This document shows, piece after piece, positions 6,192 through 16,217 of a stretch of 43,689 nucleotides of DNA; the stretch's first letter is position 1, and each line of letters opens with the position of its first letter. A model generated the notes under the pieces. That model saw only the letters and a list, made by a program, of their open reading frames with translations. It was not told the origin of the DNA and made no database searches. The DNA is from a virus (taxonomy: Duplodnaviria; Heunggongvirae; Uroviricota; Caudoviricetes): positions 1 through 43,689 of the IMG/VR virus record IMGVR_UViG_3300045988_038444; one strand, written 5' to 3'. The translations under genes were made by a program, and so were the position numbers.

Positions 6192-9164
6192 ATGGCTAAC
6201 TGTAACGATTATATCAGTGCTGATGATTTGAAAACAGGCAAACAAGCGATTTTACATATTGAACACGTTGCGAAAAGTCGTGATGCTAACGGTAATCATG
6301 CGTTGGATGTTACCGATACGATCCGTGATCAATCAGTTACCAACAAGACGCTTGATGGTTTAGAAAACCTGTACAATCAGGCTATATCTCAGGTTGGCTA
6401 TATCACAATGGATAGCTTCGAAGATGGCGCGACATTAACATTGCCTAACCAGGTGTTGCGATATAAGTCGACAGGAGAATATTACCGATGGGACGGTGAA
6501 TTTCCTAAAACCGTTTCTTCTGGTTCAACACCTGAAACTGCTGGTGGCGTTGGTCTTGGCGCGTGGGTTAGTGTTGGTGACGCTTCATTAAGAAGCCAGG
6601 TTTCTGACCCTGATGGCGCAACAAAATATCCAGATTTGCAGATCGCAAGATGGAGAGACACATTCGACCCGCGCGGGTGGAATGCAAAAGGTGATGGGGT
6701 CACCGATGACACCTCAGCGCTTAATGGCGTATTAAACGCCGCACCAGTTGGTCAGAAAATTAATGGCAATGGGAAGACATATAAGGTCACATCCCTGCCT
6801 GACATTAGTAGATTCGTCAATACTCGTTTTGTATATGAACGTATTCCTGGTCAGCCTCTTTTTTATGCTTCTGAAGATTTTATCCAGGGACAGTTATTTA
6901 AAATTACAGATACACCGTGGTACAACGCCTGGACGCAGGATAAAACGTTTGTATATGACAATGTCATCTATGCGCCTTTTATGGCTGGAGACCGCCATGG
7001 TGTAAATAACCTCCATGTTGCATGGGTTCGCTCAGGAGATGACGGGAAGACCTGGACAACGCCGGAATGGCTTACAGATTTACATGAAAACCATCCCACA
7101 GTTAACTATCACTGCATGAGTATGGGGGTTGTCAGAAATCGCCTTTTTGCTGTAATTGAGACGCGGACCGTGAGAGGAAATAAACTGCAGGTTGCAGAGT
7201 TGTGGGATCGCCCAATGAGTCGCAGCCTTCGCGTTTATGGTGGTATAACGAAAGCAGCAAATCAGCAAGTCGCTTATATTCGCATTACTGATCACGGATT
7301 ATTTGCTGGTGATTTTGTCAACTTCTCAAACTCTGGTGTTACAGGTGTTACCGGGAATATGACGGTGACTACTGTTATTGATAAAAATACTTTTACAGTT
7401 ACGACGCAAAATACCCAGGATGTGGATCAGAATAACGAGGGTGGATACTGGAGTTTTGGTACATCATTTCACTCGTCACCATGGAGAAAAACCAGTCTTG
7501 GAACTATTCCTTCTTTTGTTGACGGAAGCACTCCTGTTACTGAGATTCACAGTTTTGCGACGATTAGCGATAACAGTTTTGCTGTTGGCTACCATAATGG
7601 TGATATTGGTCCACGCGAGCTTGGGATACTCTATTTCTCTGATGCTTTCGGTTCTCCTGGTAGCTTTGTTCGCAGACGCATACCTGCAGAATATGAGGCG
7701 AATGCATCTGAGCCATGTGTAAAATATTATGATGGCATTCTGTATCTGACGACCAGGGGGACATTAAGTACTCAACCCGGTAGTTCATTGCACAGAAGCT
7801 CTGATTTAGGTATATCATGGAATTCTCTTCGCTTCCCAAATAATGTTCATCACTCAAACCTTCCTTTTGCCAAAGTTGGCGATGAGCTGATTATTTTTGG
7901 CAGTGAGCGCGCATTTGGTGAGTGGGAAGGAGGAGAACCTGATAACCGTTATGCAGGAAACTATCCAAGAACATTTATGACCAGAGTTAACGTCAATGAG
8001 TGGAGTCTGGATAATGTAGAGTGGGTTAATGTTACTGATCAGATTTATCAGGGCGGAATAGTTAACTCTGCGGTTGGTGTTGGTTCAGTTTGTATCAAAG
8101 ACAACTGGCTGTACTACATTTTCGGTGGGGAAGACTTTCTAAACCCATGGAGCATAGGGGATAACAACAAAAAATATCCTTATGTTCACGATGGTCACCC
8201 GGCTGATTTGTATTGTTTCAGGGTGAAAATTAAACAGGAAGAATTTGTTTCAAGGGATTTTGTCTACGGAGCCACTCCTAACAGAACGCTTCCTACTTTT
8301 ATGTCGACGTCAGGCGTGAGGACGGTTCCTGTACCCGTTGATTTCACAGATGATGTTGCCGTCCAGTCACTGACTGTCCATGCAGGTACATCAGGACAAG
8401 TTCGCGCGGAAGTCAAACTTGAGGGTAATTACGCCATTATTGCGAAGAAAGTACCGTCTGATAATGTTACCGCTCAGAGATTAATCGTTAGCGGCGGTGA
8501 AACAACGTCTTCAGCAGATGGTGCAATGATAACGTTGCATGGTTCCGGAAGCAGTACTCCACGTCGCGCGGTATATAACGCACTCGAACATCTTTTTGAG
8601 AACGGAGATGTTAAACCTCATCTTGATAATGTAAATGCTCTTGGTGGGCCTAGCAACCGTTTCACCACTGCATACCTCGGAAGCAACCCTATTGTTACTT
8701 CTAACGGAGAGAAGAAAACGGAGCCGGTAGTTTTTGATGATGCTTTCCTGGATGCCTGGGGTGACGTTCACTACATCATGTACAAGTGGTTAGATGCTAT
8801 TCAACTGAAAGGCAATGATGCTCGTATTCACTTCGGGGTTATTGCTCAGCAAATTCGTGATGTATTCATTGCACATGGTCTGATGGACGAAAACAGTACG
8901 GATTGTCGTTATGCCGTTCTGTGCTATGACAAGTATCCACGGATGACCGATATGGTATTTTCGCACAATGAAATCGTTGAACACACTGACGATGAGGGTA
9001 ATGTCACTACCACGGAAGAACCTGTATACACCGAGGTGGTTATTCACGAAGAGGGTGAGGAATGGGGTGTTCGGCCTGACGGAATTTTCTTTGCTGAAGC
9101 TGCTTATCAGCGAAGAAAACTGGAAAGAATCGAAGCCAGACTTTCTGCTCTTGAACAGAAGTAA
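6192..9164 (+). CDS. Tail fibre / putative endosialidase (endo-N-acetylneuraminidase) with a C-terminal intramolecular chaperone (peptidase S74-like) domain
   Basis: Two Asp-box (BNR) motifs, SGDDGKTW (~7030) and SSDLGISW (~7795). C-terminal ...DAWGDVHYIMYKWLDAIQLKGNDARIHFGVIAQQIRDVF...RLSALEQK is typical of autocleaving chaperone domains of endosialidases and T5 pb1. Start trimmed to ATG 6192 (GGAGA SD). Confidence 0.75.
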   Translation: MANCNDYISADDLKTGKQAILHIEHVAKSRDANGNHALDVTDTIRDQSVTNKTLDGLENLYNQAISQVGYITMDSFEDGATLTLPNQVLRYKSTGEYYRWDGEFPKTVSSGSTPETAGGVGLGAWVSVGDASLRSQVSDPDGATKYPDLQIARWRDTFDPRGWNAKGDGVTDDTSALNGVLNAAPVGQKINGNGKTYKVTSLPDISRFVNTRFVYERIPGQPLFYASEDFIQGQLFKITDTPWYNAWTQDKTFVYDNVIYAPFMAGDRHGVNNLHVAWVRSGDDGKTWTTPEWLTDLHENHPTVNYHCMSMGVVRNRLFAVIETRTVRGNKLQVAELWDRPMSRSLRVYGGITKAANQQVAYIRITDHGLFAGDFVNFSNSGVTGVTGNMTVTTVIDKNTFTVTTQNTQDVDQNNEGGYWSFGTSFHSSPWRKTSLGTIPSFVDGSTPVTEIHSFATISDNSFAVGYHNGDIGPRELGILYFSDAFGSPGSFVRRRIPAEYEANASEPCVKYYDGILYLTTRGTLSTQPGSSLHRSSDLGISWNSLRFPNNVHHSNLPFAKVGDELIIFGSERAFGEWEGGEPDNRYAGNYPRTFMTRVNVNEWSLDNVEWVNVTDQIYQGGIVNSAVGVGSVCIKDNWLYYIFGGEDFLNPWSIGDNNKKYPYVHDGHPADLYCFRVKIKQEEFVSRDFVYGATPNRTLPTFMSTSGVRTVPVPVDFTDDVAVQSLTVHAGTSGQVRAEVKLEGNYAIIAKKVPSDNVTAQRLIVSGGETTSSADGAMITLHGSGSSTPRRAVYNALEHLFENGDVKPHLDNVNALGGPSNRFTTAYLGSNPIVTSNGEKKTEPVVFDDAFLDAWGDVHYIMYKWLDAIQLKGNDARIHFGVIAQQIRDVFIAHGLMDENSTDCRYAVLCYDKYPRMTDMVFSHNEIVEHTDDEGNVTTTEEPVYTEVVIHEEGEEWGVRPDGIFFAEAAYQRRKLERIEARLSALEQK
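6204..6216 (-). promoter_or_regulatory. Candidate extended -10 promoter (CACTGATATAAT) for the lysis cassette, located inside the first codons of the tail-fibre gene
   Basis: The minus strand reads ...cagcacTGaTATAATcg... with the motif about 35-45 nt upstream of ATG 6165. The same motif recurs upstream of two other minus-strand genes. Confidence 0.4.
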
Positions 9165-9167
9165 TAA

Positions 9168-9197
9168 ACAAAACCCCGCTTCGGCGGGGTTGTTTTA
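9168..9197. terminator. Bidirectional rho-independent terminator
   Basis: Hairpin AACCCCGCTTCGGCGGGGTT flanked by an A-run and a T-run, lying between the convergent tail-fibre and SSB genes. Confidence 0.7.
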
Positions 9198-9200
9198 TCA

Positions 9201-9611
9201 TCAGAACGGAATGTCGTCTGAAAAGTCCATCGGAGGCTCATTGCCTCCTTGTGGGCTTTGTTGTTTTTGTGGCTGCTGTTGCTGATTTGTTACCCATCCG
9301 CCTTGAGGTTGTTGGCCTGATTGCTGGCGCGGTTGCTGACCAGAATCATCACGTTTACCACCAAGCATCTGCATAACGCCACCCATCTGTGGAATGACAA
9401 TCTCCGTAGTGTATCGGTCTACGCCGTTGCTGTCAGACCACTTACGAGTGTGCAGCTGTCCTTCGATATAAACCTGTGAACCTTTGCGAAGGTATTCTCC
9501 TGCAACTTCCGCAAGTTTCCCGAAGATGACTATGCGATGCCATTCAGTCTGTTCCTTCTTTTCTCCTGTTTGCTTGTCTTTCCACTGCTCAGATGTTGCA
9601 ACAAAAAACAA
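9201..9611 (-). pseudogene. ssb: N-terminally truncated SSB (residues ~35-178 of an E. coli-like SSB, with DDIPF tail); TTG start, no SD
   Basis: [39 protein letters not shown]...[11 protein letters not shown] is ~75-80% identical to E. coli SSB by recall. An in-frame TAA lies 9 nt upstream of the TTG, so the first OB-fold strand is absent. Confidence 0.6.
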
Positions 9612-9632
9612 GCCAACGGCTTAGATAACTTG

Positions 9633-12164
9633 TTATAAATCATCCTGATAATAACGTGCATCGTAATTGATGCACGTTAAACCTACCTGATAGTTATTAT
9701 CCCTTCCTGACGGTTCCATACTCTGAACAAGCATTGCTAATTTGCTACGCTCATCATCAGCACGGATTACATATGCTGTACGGTCACGCAACCATCCTGT
9801 ATAAATTTCTTCAGATGGCTGGTAAGCCATTATCACGGAAAATTTATCATCCCCGGCAGTTACAGGAATGTTTTCAAGTGTTCCCAGTCGGTGTGTTAAC
9901 GTTATGCTGTATGTATTACCCGTGGCGAACGTAACAGGATCGCTAAGAATAAGTGTTAAACCATCAACATCGACTACAATGCCTTCATGCTGTTTCATAC
10001 GAGTGTTATCAATCATATCCACACGCATGCCTGGAGTAGCCTGTAACCCGATACTAAGCGCTGTACATTCGTGAGTAATACGTTGGTAACGCAACTTATT
10101 CATCTCACGATTAGCGCGAATATTTGCAAGATATCGCGATTGACATGCGACAAGATCTATCTTATTGAGATTTGTTTCTTCACCTTTAGTTACATACAAA
10201 TACGATTTTTCATCATGATCGAAGTATTTAACCTGAACACCCGTATATTCTTTAGGTGGTGCGAAAGAACGTGTGCGTTTATCACTGTCAGGGATCTTAA
10301 ACGCGTGACCAAACTGCATTGCTGACTGGTCCTGCGGTAATTCAGGCCAGAAATACAATACACTACCGATCTGATACGGTTTAACATTCACCGTGTTACA
10401 GATAGTGTCCAATCCTTCTTCGTACGTCGTACTGTTGTTATCAAATGTATAACCAACTTCAATTGCTCGTTGGTCACCAAAATATTCAAGAATTTGTGCC
10501 TGAACAGCATATAAAGCATCACGATCAATGGTGTCTAATGTGCGACGACCAAATAAAGGATCTGTATGCATTGACATTACAACATCTGCAAAATTACTAC
10601 TTGCAACACCATCGTATACGCGCGTTGCAATCATGTTTAATTTACGTTCTTTTTGTTTCAGTGCAGCGTTTGTTGCTTTTGTCACTGTATGAATCAATGT
10701 CACATCACCATAGGAACGCGGAGAAACGTTCGTTATAGCGTATAAATCACGCCACTTGATATTATCAACAACAGATCCTTCAAAATCTTTATCTGTGTTT
10801 GATAGTCGTCTTACAGACACGTTGACAGGGCCGTCAAACGGGTTATCCACAATTAACGAATTACCTACGGCTTCTGTATAACGACCGCGGACAGACATAG
10901 AGTGTGTCACATTCGCTTTCACACCGTTCGGGTCCGACAAAACTACCTGGAAGTCACAGGTAAACGGATAAATGTCACCATCAGTTTTATACACTCCATT
11001 CTGTGCATAAAGATTAATCATCAACTTATCCGCACTGTCAATCAGATAAGGTCCGACAATATACGGCGTGGTACTGTCAAGAGACGGTGAAAACTTGTAT
11101 AAAATACTTCCGCTTCCTTCAATGGTTTCAAGTTCCCAGTAACCATCGTTTCGCAAATAAGCCTGTGTATATGCAGCCTGACCACTTTCAGACAGAGCAT
11201 CCCAACCTTCACGACCAGTAGTATCAATGATTAACGTATTCTCATCTGCATAAATAACGTCATATTCACCGGATAGATCATTACGTACATACGTGTTTAA
11301 CGGTAAAGTATTAGGTGTAAAACTGTAAAATTGTGATAAACGAATTTTACTACCGATTGGTGCACGTTCTGACCAGTCGATTGTAGTGTTATCGTCGCTG
11401 GAAATCGTAGTATCAATTTCACCTGTGCTGTAAATTTTAAAATTTGCTTTACTAATATCAGCATAGTTTGGTGGCTTAACTTCAGATCCGTCTGCTTCGT
11501 TCGATGACTTAGCAACCATGATCGGAAAAGTGTTAATATCAATCGCACCACCGATATTCATATATGGAGAACCATACCCTGGTGCATTACCTTTTTTATA
11601 AAAGTCTAATTTTTCACCGCTGATATTTACCGCAGGTGTAATACCATCACGAACGTCTTCGACTTCGTATTCACCAGCACCCAGACACAGAAACTGAACT
11701 TCGTATTCTGTTCGGTCAATGAAGATTCGGTAATCCATTAACAAATCAGGGTATACCAGTACACGACCACGAATATCAGAGATACGCTCACCCGGTCGCG
11801 AAGCATTAGTACGCCCCTGAAGCGCGTTGTTAGACGACGCTGAACGTGAGTTCTTAAGATTAGCCGATGCACTGGTATTCGGCATGAACAATTTTAAAAT
11901 GGGGTTTAAAATTGTGCTAATAACTTTCGTTATTGCACTAACCACTCCACCTTTTGGTAGTTCATAAATATGATAAACAGCGTCAGAATCAGTCAATACG
12001 CTGGGGTCAGTAACCCACTTTTGGGTAATATTTTCATCGTTTTTATAAATCAGTAACCCACGCGGGCGAACAGTACCCACGGGCCAGCGTTTCAGCATCC
12101 ATTCACCAAAGTCAACGTTATCAGCGTGTTCAACAGGATTAGTATGATAGATGACTTTAGACAC
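9633..12164 (-). CDS. Central tail fibre / tail tip host-specificity protein (lambda J-like, 843 aa)
   Basis: Large protein directly downstream of the K-like, L-like and M-like genes and the tape measure; called on synteny only. Confidence 0.5.
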   Translation of the reverse strand: MSKVIYHTNPVEHADNVDFGEWMLKRWPVGTVRPRGLLIYKNDENITQKWVTDPSVLTDSDAVYHIYELPKGGVVSAITKVISTILNPILKLFMPNTSASANLKNSRSASSNNALQGRTNASRPGERISDIRGRVLVYPDLLMDYRIFIDRTEYEVQFLCLGAGEYEVEDVRDGITPAVNISGEKLDFYKKGNAPGYGSPYMNIGGAIDINTFPIMVAKSSNEADGSEVKPPNYADISKANFKIYSTGEIDTTISSDDNTTIDWSERAPIGSKIRLSQFYSFTPNTLPLNTYVRNDLSGEYDVIYADENTLIIDTTGREGWDALSESGQAAYTQAYLRNDGYWELETIEGSGSILYKFSPSLDSTTPYIVGPYLIDSADKLMINLYAQNGVYKTDGDIYPFTCDFQVVLSDPNGVKANVTHSMSVRGRYTEAVGNSLIVDNPFDGPVNVSVRRLSNTDKDFEGSVVDNIKWRDLYAITNVSPRSYGDVTLIHTVTKATNAALKQKERKLNMIATRVYDGVASSNFADVVMSMHTDPLFGRRTLDTIDRDALYAVQAQILEYFGDQRAIEVGYTFDNNSTTYEEGLDTICNTVNVKPYQIGSVLYFWPELPQDQSAMQFGHAFKIPDSDKRTRSFAPPKEYTGVQVKYFDHDEKSYLYVTKGEETNLNKIDLVACQSRYLANIRANREMNKLRYQRITHECTALSIGLQATPGMRVDMIDNTRMKQHEGIVVDVDGLTLILSDPVTFATGNTYSITLTHRLGTLENIPVTAGDDKFSVIMAYQPSEEIYTGWLRDRTAYVIRADDERSKLAMLVQSMEPSGRDNNYQVGLTCINYDARYYQDDL

Positions 12165-12516
12165 TTTTCATTCTCCAGAACGTGATTTCTTTATGTGCTG
12201 TCTTGATTATACTTAAAGGTGATCTGATTGTCTGTCCTGGTGAATCACCAGGTGGCTGATAACAATGATGAACCATTCCGCAATCCCACACGCCGACATG
12301 AAAACCGCCTGAATATCTGTTCTTCATCAGTACAAGCGCGCCTTGTTCCGGTGTGGTAATTGGTGAAAAACGTTTTCGCATCCATCTGACAAACGCAATA
12401 TCCCATTCATCACCTGAAACAGTTTTTAATATATGTGGGTAGTTGTGGACCTGATACCACTGACTAACCTCGTGTGTACAATTCCATTTGTCAATATCGT
12501 AGCGGTCACCGATCAT
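12157..12516 (-). CDS. Tail assembly protein K-like (NlpC/P60-type Cys-His peptidase fold)
   Basis: NCTHEV (candidate Cys) and HVGVWDCGMVHH (candidate His) in a 119-aa protein at the gpK position. Confidence 0.5.
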   Translation of the reverse strand: MIGDRYDIDKWNCTHEVSQWYQVHNYPHILKTVSGDEWDIAFVRWMRKRFSPITTPEQGALVLMKNRYSGGFHVGVWDCGMVHHCYQPPGDSPGQTIRSPLSIIKTAHKEITFWRMKSV

Positions 12517-13031
12517 GTTGCATACGCCAGCAATGTAGGAAAACGTTCAAACGTATATAATTCACCTGTCCCGGCAAAGTTCGTAATAGGTGGTGATGCT
12601 GTGAACGTACAACCCTGTGGTTCGGTAGTAATGTCACCAGATTCCAGAAGATATGGCCCATCCTGAATATCAGACATGGAACCATCTTCACGATAAACAA
12701 ACGTTCGTAACTCAACAGATGGTTTTTCATTACTGTCAAGCGGAATTAAGTCCAGATATACACCGACAACTTCATTCAGATCCTGAATGGTGAATGAATA
12801 ATCCTGTGATAAATCGTTTTGTTTATTCGCCTTCTTGACGGACATCGGAACGTATTCGTACTCATATTCCTTACCGTCTTCATGTACAGCGATAAATCCC
12901 GGATAAACACTGGTGATGTATAGCGGATTAGGCCATGAACTATGATTCAGTTTCACACCGTCAACAACACCTTTACCAGTTGTTGCAACGGTTAATAATT
13001 CACGCAGTTCGTCTTTCATTCTGGTGTCCAC
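12513..13031 (-). CDS. Minor tail protein (gpL-position)
   Basis: Synteny between the tape-measure/M-like gene and the K-like gene. Confidence 0.4.
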   Translation of the reverse strand: MDTRMKDELRELLTVATTGKGVVDGVKLNHSSWPNPLYITSVYPGFIAVHEDGKEYEYEYVPMSVKKANKQNDLSQDYSFTIQDLNEVVGVYLDLIPLDSNEKPSVELRTFVYREDGSMSDIQDGPYLLESGDITTEPQGCTFTASPPITNFAGTGELYTFERFPTLLAYAT

Positions 13032-13519
13032 GCGTTATTTAAGAGTAAGCCAGTATCAATAATTTCTTTAAGGTAACAAGCAGCATAATCACCCTGGCAT
13101 TTAGTGATTAACAATCGTGATGCCATTGCACAACGGTCGATTACCGGAACAGCTTGTAACTGTAAATCGACAGATCCTTTCCATCCTACAACAGAGGATG
13201 AAGGGTTACTGACAATCTGAACAACGTGTTCCTGAATCAAACCGTTCACAAACAGTTGCATCACAAACCGCTTACTACCTTCAGCGATTTCCAGATTATA
13301 AAAATCGTCCCACCACTGAAGCATCGCCGGACTATATAACTGAATTGTACACGATACCTGAGCAGGTCCACCAAAGGCGCTACGACCTAACCGTGATAAC
13401 GTCCCGGAAACATCAGATTTAGTTACACCCCACGGTGGGCTATAACTGTAATTATCACGCTCAGGTAACACCATTTTCGCGCCGTACTCAAGCCGTGGTA
13501 AATCATCTGTATTGCTCAT
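13016..13519 (-). CDS. Minor tail / distal tail protein (gpM/Dit-position)
   Basis: Immediately downstream of the tape measure with an overlapping stop/start. Confidence 0.4.
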   Translation of the reverse strand: MSNTDDLPRLEYGAKMVLPERDNYSYSPPWGVTKSDVSGTLSRLGRSAFGGPAQVSCTIQLYSPAMLQWWDDFYNLEIAEGSKRFVMQLFVNGLIQEHVVQIVSNPSSSVVGWKGSVDLQLQAVPVIDRCAMASRLLITKCQGDYAACYLKEIIDTGLLLNNAWTPE

Positions 13520-16083
13520 TATATTTTCCTGTTCGCATCATAGTTAGACCTGAACGCTTTATTCGTCTGACTGTACGGGTCATTCCATTGTGCCGCTGAT
13601 TGTCGTGGGAATTCTTCACCTATGATAAGCACTACGTCATCCCGTGTTAATCCTTGTTTCACCTGAACACGTTCGCCACCGTAGTTATGAACCTGAATAT
13701 TAGGTGATGAACCACCTTCAGATCCGGGGGTGTATGTCCCACGATTCATTGCTTCCAGAGTGCTACGATAACGACTCGTAGCCTGTTTGGTACTGACAAA
13801 TTCACCATTACTCAAACGTGCGTTTATACTGTCACTCTGACCTGTACCCGGACCTTTAACATAACCACCCGTTGCAAAACCTGTTGCGGCCACAGACTGA
13901 ATGTTACCTAACACGCTTGTCCCGTATGATAAAGCCTGTGCAATGAACGGAATATTCGCCGGGAACGGCAACGCCATAGCCTGACTAACGGCTGTCCACA
14001 GGTTAATACTCGCCTGTGCGATACTAAAGGCTTTAGACAGTGCAAACATCGCTTTATATGCGTTTGATTGCTCACCTTTAGATTGTGCCAGACCAGCAGC
14101 CATTTGACCCAAAAAATCAGCACTGGATTGTAGCAACAAGCTGTAGTTAGCATTTGCAAGATTCATACGGGCTTGTTCCCCGGCCTGTTGAATCTGCGTT
14201 TTCATGTCCTGGTATTGTTGCTCGTTAATTAAATCTTGTTCACGGGCTTGTTGTATGACAGTAAGGCGTTGTGCTTCCTGTTGATTAACCTGATCAACCT
14301 GTGATTGATACGGGTTTAACTCACCCTGTACATCGGTTTGTACCTGTGAAACCTGACCAGCTAACTGTTGCGCCTGCTGTTGACGTTGCAATGCAGCCAC
14401 ATGTGCATCAACAGCGGCACGTTCAGCATCAGTCGCGTCTTTATTCAGTCGTGACTGTGCTTCTGCCTGTTGTGATGCCAGCGTTAACTGTTGACGTACC
14501 TGATATTCTTTCTGATATGTTGCTGTAAGTTGTTCAACAGACGACCCCTGTGTTAAGGCAATCTGAACCTGTTCACGGGCTAACTGAACATCATAATTAC
14601 CAGCATTGATTTTATCCTGAAGCGTTTTCAGGTATTTCTGGTTAGCAGCCTGATTACGTTCCAGTTCTTTCTGTGCACGTTTAGCCGCAGATGCTTCAGC
14701 ACTCGCTGATTTCTTCTGGTTTTTTTGATTTTCTTTATATTCTGCCTGTTGTTTCAACAACGCAGCATAGTCTGCAATCTGTTCCTTAGTTGCTTTATTA
14801 CCCAGTTTCTGACTTGCTGCCAGTTCATAGTTACCGTCAGCAAGCGCCTGGGTGTAGGTGATCTGTTCTTTCAGGTTTTTAATCTGTTTTTGTGCTTTCG
14901 CGTCTGATGCATTTGTCCCTTTTATAGAAATAGGTTTTGTAGCATCACGGTTTTTTTTAGCTTGTTCGTATCCAGCCGCAGATGCTTTAACAAATCTATC
15001 AACCTGGTCATTGTACGCTTTTGCATTATTTACATCATCGTTTGACCAGACCAGATCAGCAAGGGATGCCCCAGTAGCACCTGGTTGTAACTTAGATATT
15101 ACGCCAGCTATTGACCACAATTTATCAGCAGTTGTTGAATCATCGCCTAATTTATTGATGAAACCTGTAAGTGTATCAATAGCGTTTACAGCAAGATTTG
15201 ATGCTCCAGTCACGTCATTCATGCTTGCAACAAGCGTGGCTAACGATACAGATAACGAATTCGTAGCTTGATCTAAAGACCGTGGCAATTTGCTAAATTC
15301 TTCATCAACATTTTGCGTTTGACGAATAATAGCATTCAATGCTTGTTCCGCTGTGAGTTCACCATCCAGCATTTGCTGACGTAACTCACCCATTGAAACA
15401 CCTAAACCAGCAGCCATCTGTCTTGCCAGTTCTGGCATCTGTTCAACAATGCTGTTAAATTCTTCCGCACGAACTACACCAGATGAAATTGACTGACCAA
15501 ACTGACGTAATGCGTTAGACATTTCTTCAGCAGATGAACTACCAACACGACCTATTTTTTGAAGTGTTTCAGTTAATCGTAATATCTGATCGTTTGTTGC
15601 GCCGCTATCCTTTAATGACGATGATAAGGTTTCCCATAAACGTTCAGTATCAGCAAGACCACCACCTGTTTTAGAGGCAATATCCGCGAGTGTTTGAAAT
15701 GTTTGTTCGGCTGATGATGTACTCCCGGTCAATCTTGCAATACGAGCTTCGAGTTGATTAGCTGCATCACCCGCAACAATAAACGCTTTTCCTAACTCAA
15801 TAGCAGAAGACACCGCACCTATTGCCATAAAACCACGAACGGCGTTTGTTGCAAGATTTACGCCAGATGCCATCGACTTTAAAGATGATGTAGCGTTACC
15901 AGTATTTGACGCCATTACTTGTGCAGATTTTGCAGCTTGCTGTTCACTTTTTGATAAAGTGTTTGCCGCTTGTGCAGCAGATTTTGCAGAATTAGCTGTT
16001 TGGTCTAACTGGTTATTAAGGCTGTTAAGATTTCTGTCAGCGTTACCAGTGTCTATTTTTATATCAATCGGATACTGTGCCAT
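13519..16083 (-). CDS. Tail tape measure protein (~854 aa)
   Basis: Long Ala/Gln-rich coiled-coil protein with a C-terminal Gly-rich region. Start trimmed to ATG 16083 (AAAAGG SD); the track's GTG at 16101 lacks an SD. Confidence 0.8.
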   Translation of the reverse strand: MAQYPIDIKIDTGNADRNLNSLNNQLDQTANSAKSAAQAANTLSKSEQQAAKSAQVMASNTGNATSSLKSMASGVNLATNAVRGFMAIGAVSSAIELGKAFIVAGDAANQLEARIARLTGSTSSAEQTFQTLADIASKTGGGLADTERLWETLSSSLKDSGATNDQILRLTETLQKIGRVGSSSAEEMSNALRQFGQSISSGVVRAEEFNSIVEQMPELARQMAAGLGVSMGELRQQMLDGELTAEQALNAIIRQTQNVDEEFSKLPRSLDQATNSLSVSLATLVASMNDVTGASNLAVNAIDTLTGFINKLGDDSTTADKLWSIAGVISKLQPGATGASLADLVWSNDDVNNAKAYNDQVDRFVKASAAGYEQAKKNRDATKPISIKGTNASDAKAQKQIKNLKEQITYTQALADGNYELAASQKLGNKATKEQIADYAALLKQQAEYKENQKNQKKSASAEASAAKRAQKELERNQAANQKYLKTLQDKINAGNYDVQLAREQVQIALTQGSSVEQLTATYQKEYQVRQQLTLASQQAEAQSRLNKDATDAERAAVDAHVAALQRQQQAQQLAGQVSQVQTDVQGELNPYQSQVDQVNQQEAQRLTVIQQAREQDLINEQQYQDMKTQIQQAGEQARMNLANANYSLLLQSSADFLGQMAAGLAQSKGEQSNAYKAMFALSKAFSIAQASINLWTAVSQAMALPFPANIPFIAQALSYGTSVLGNIQSVAATGFATGGYVKGPGTGQSDSINARLSNGEFVSTKQATSRYRSTLEAMNRGTYTPGSEGGSSPNIQVHNYGGERVQVKQGLTRDDVVLIIGEEFPRQSAAQWNDPYSQTNKAFRSNYDANRKI

Positions 16084-16114
16084 TGTGGTTAACCTTTTCA
16101 CGAAGCATATACAC

Positions 16115-16127
16115 AGTTTAACACGGG
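16115..16127 (-). promoter_or_regulatory. Candidate late promoter motif CCCGTGtTAAACT about 32 nt upstream of the tape-measure ATG
   Basis: The minus strand reads gaCCCGTGtTAAACTgtgtata. A near-identical caCCCGTGgTAAACTataca lies at the same distance upstream of TerL. Confidence 0.35.
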
Positions 16128-16145
16128 TCTAAAAAGCGACAAACG

Positions 16146-16187
16146 TTTAAAATAATTCTTGACGGATTACACAATGATGTGTAACCT
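16146..16187 (+). promoter_or_regulatory. Early promoter copy P1 (TTTAAAATAATTCTTGACGGATTACAC; -35 TTGACG 16159-16164, 17-nt spacer, -10 TAACCT)
   Basis: One of ten nearly identical copies of this element. Confidence 0.7.
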
Positions 16188-16217
16188 ACAATCAACAAAA
16201 CAACGGAGAGTTACAAA

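Noticed and set aside
6482-8771. Internal ORFs (6482..6712 -, 6748..7005 +, 7080..7295 -, 7378..7722 +, 7564..7857 -, 8511..8771 -) within the tail-fibre gene
   Set aside because: They are alternative-frame or antisense shadows of a 990-aa CDS with clear domain motifs.
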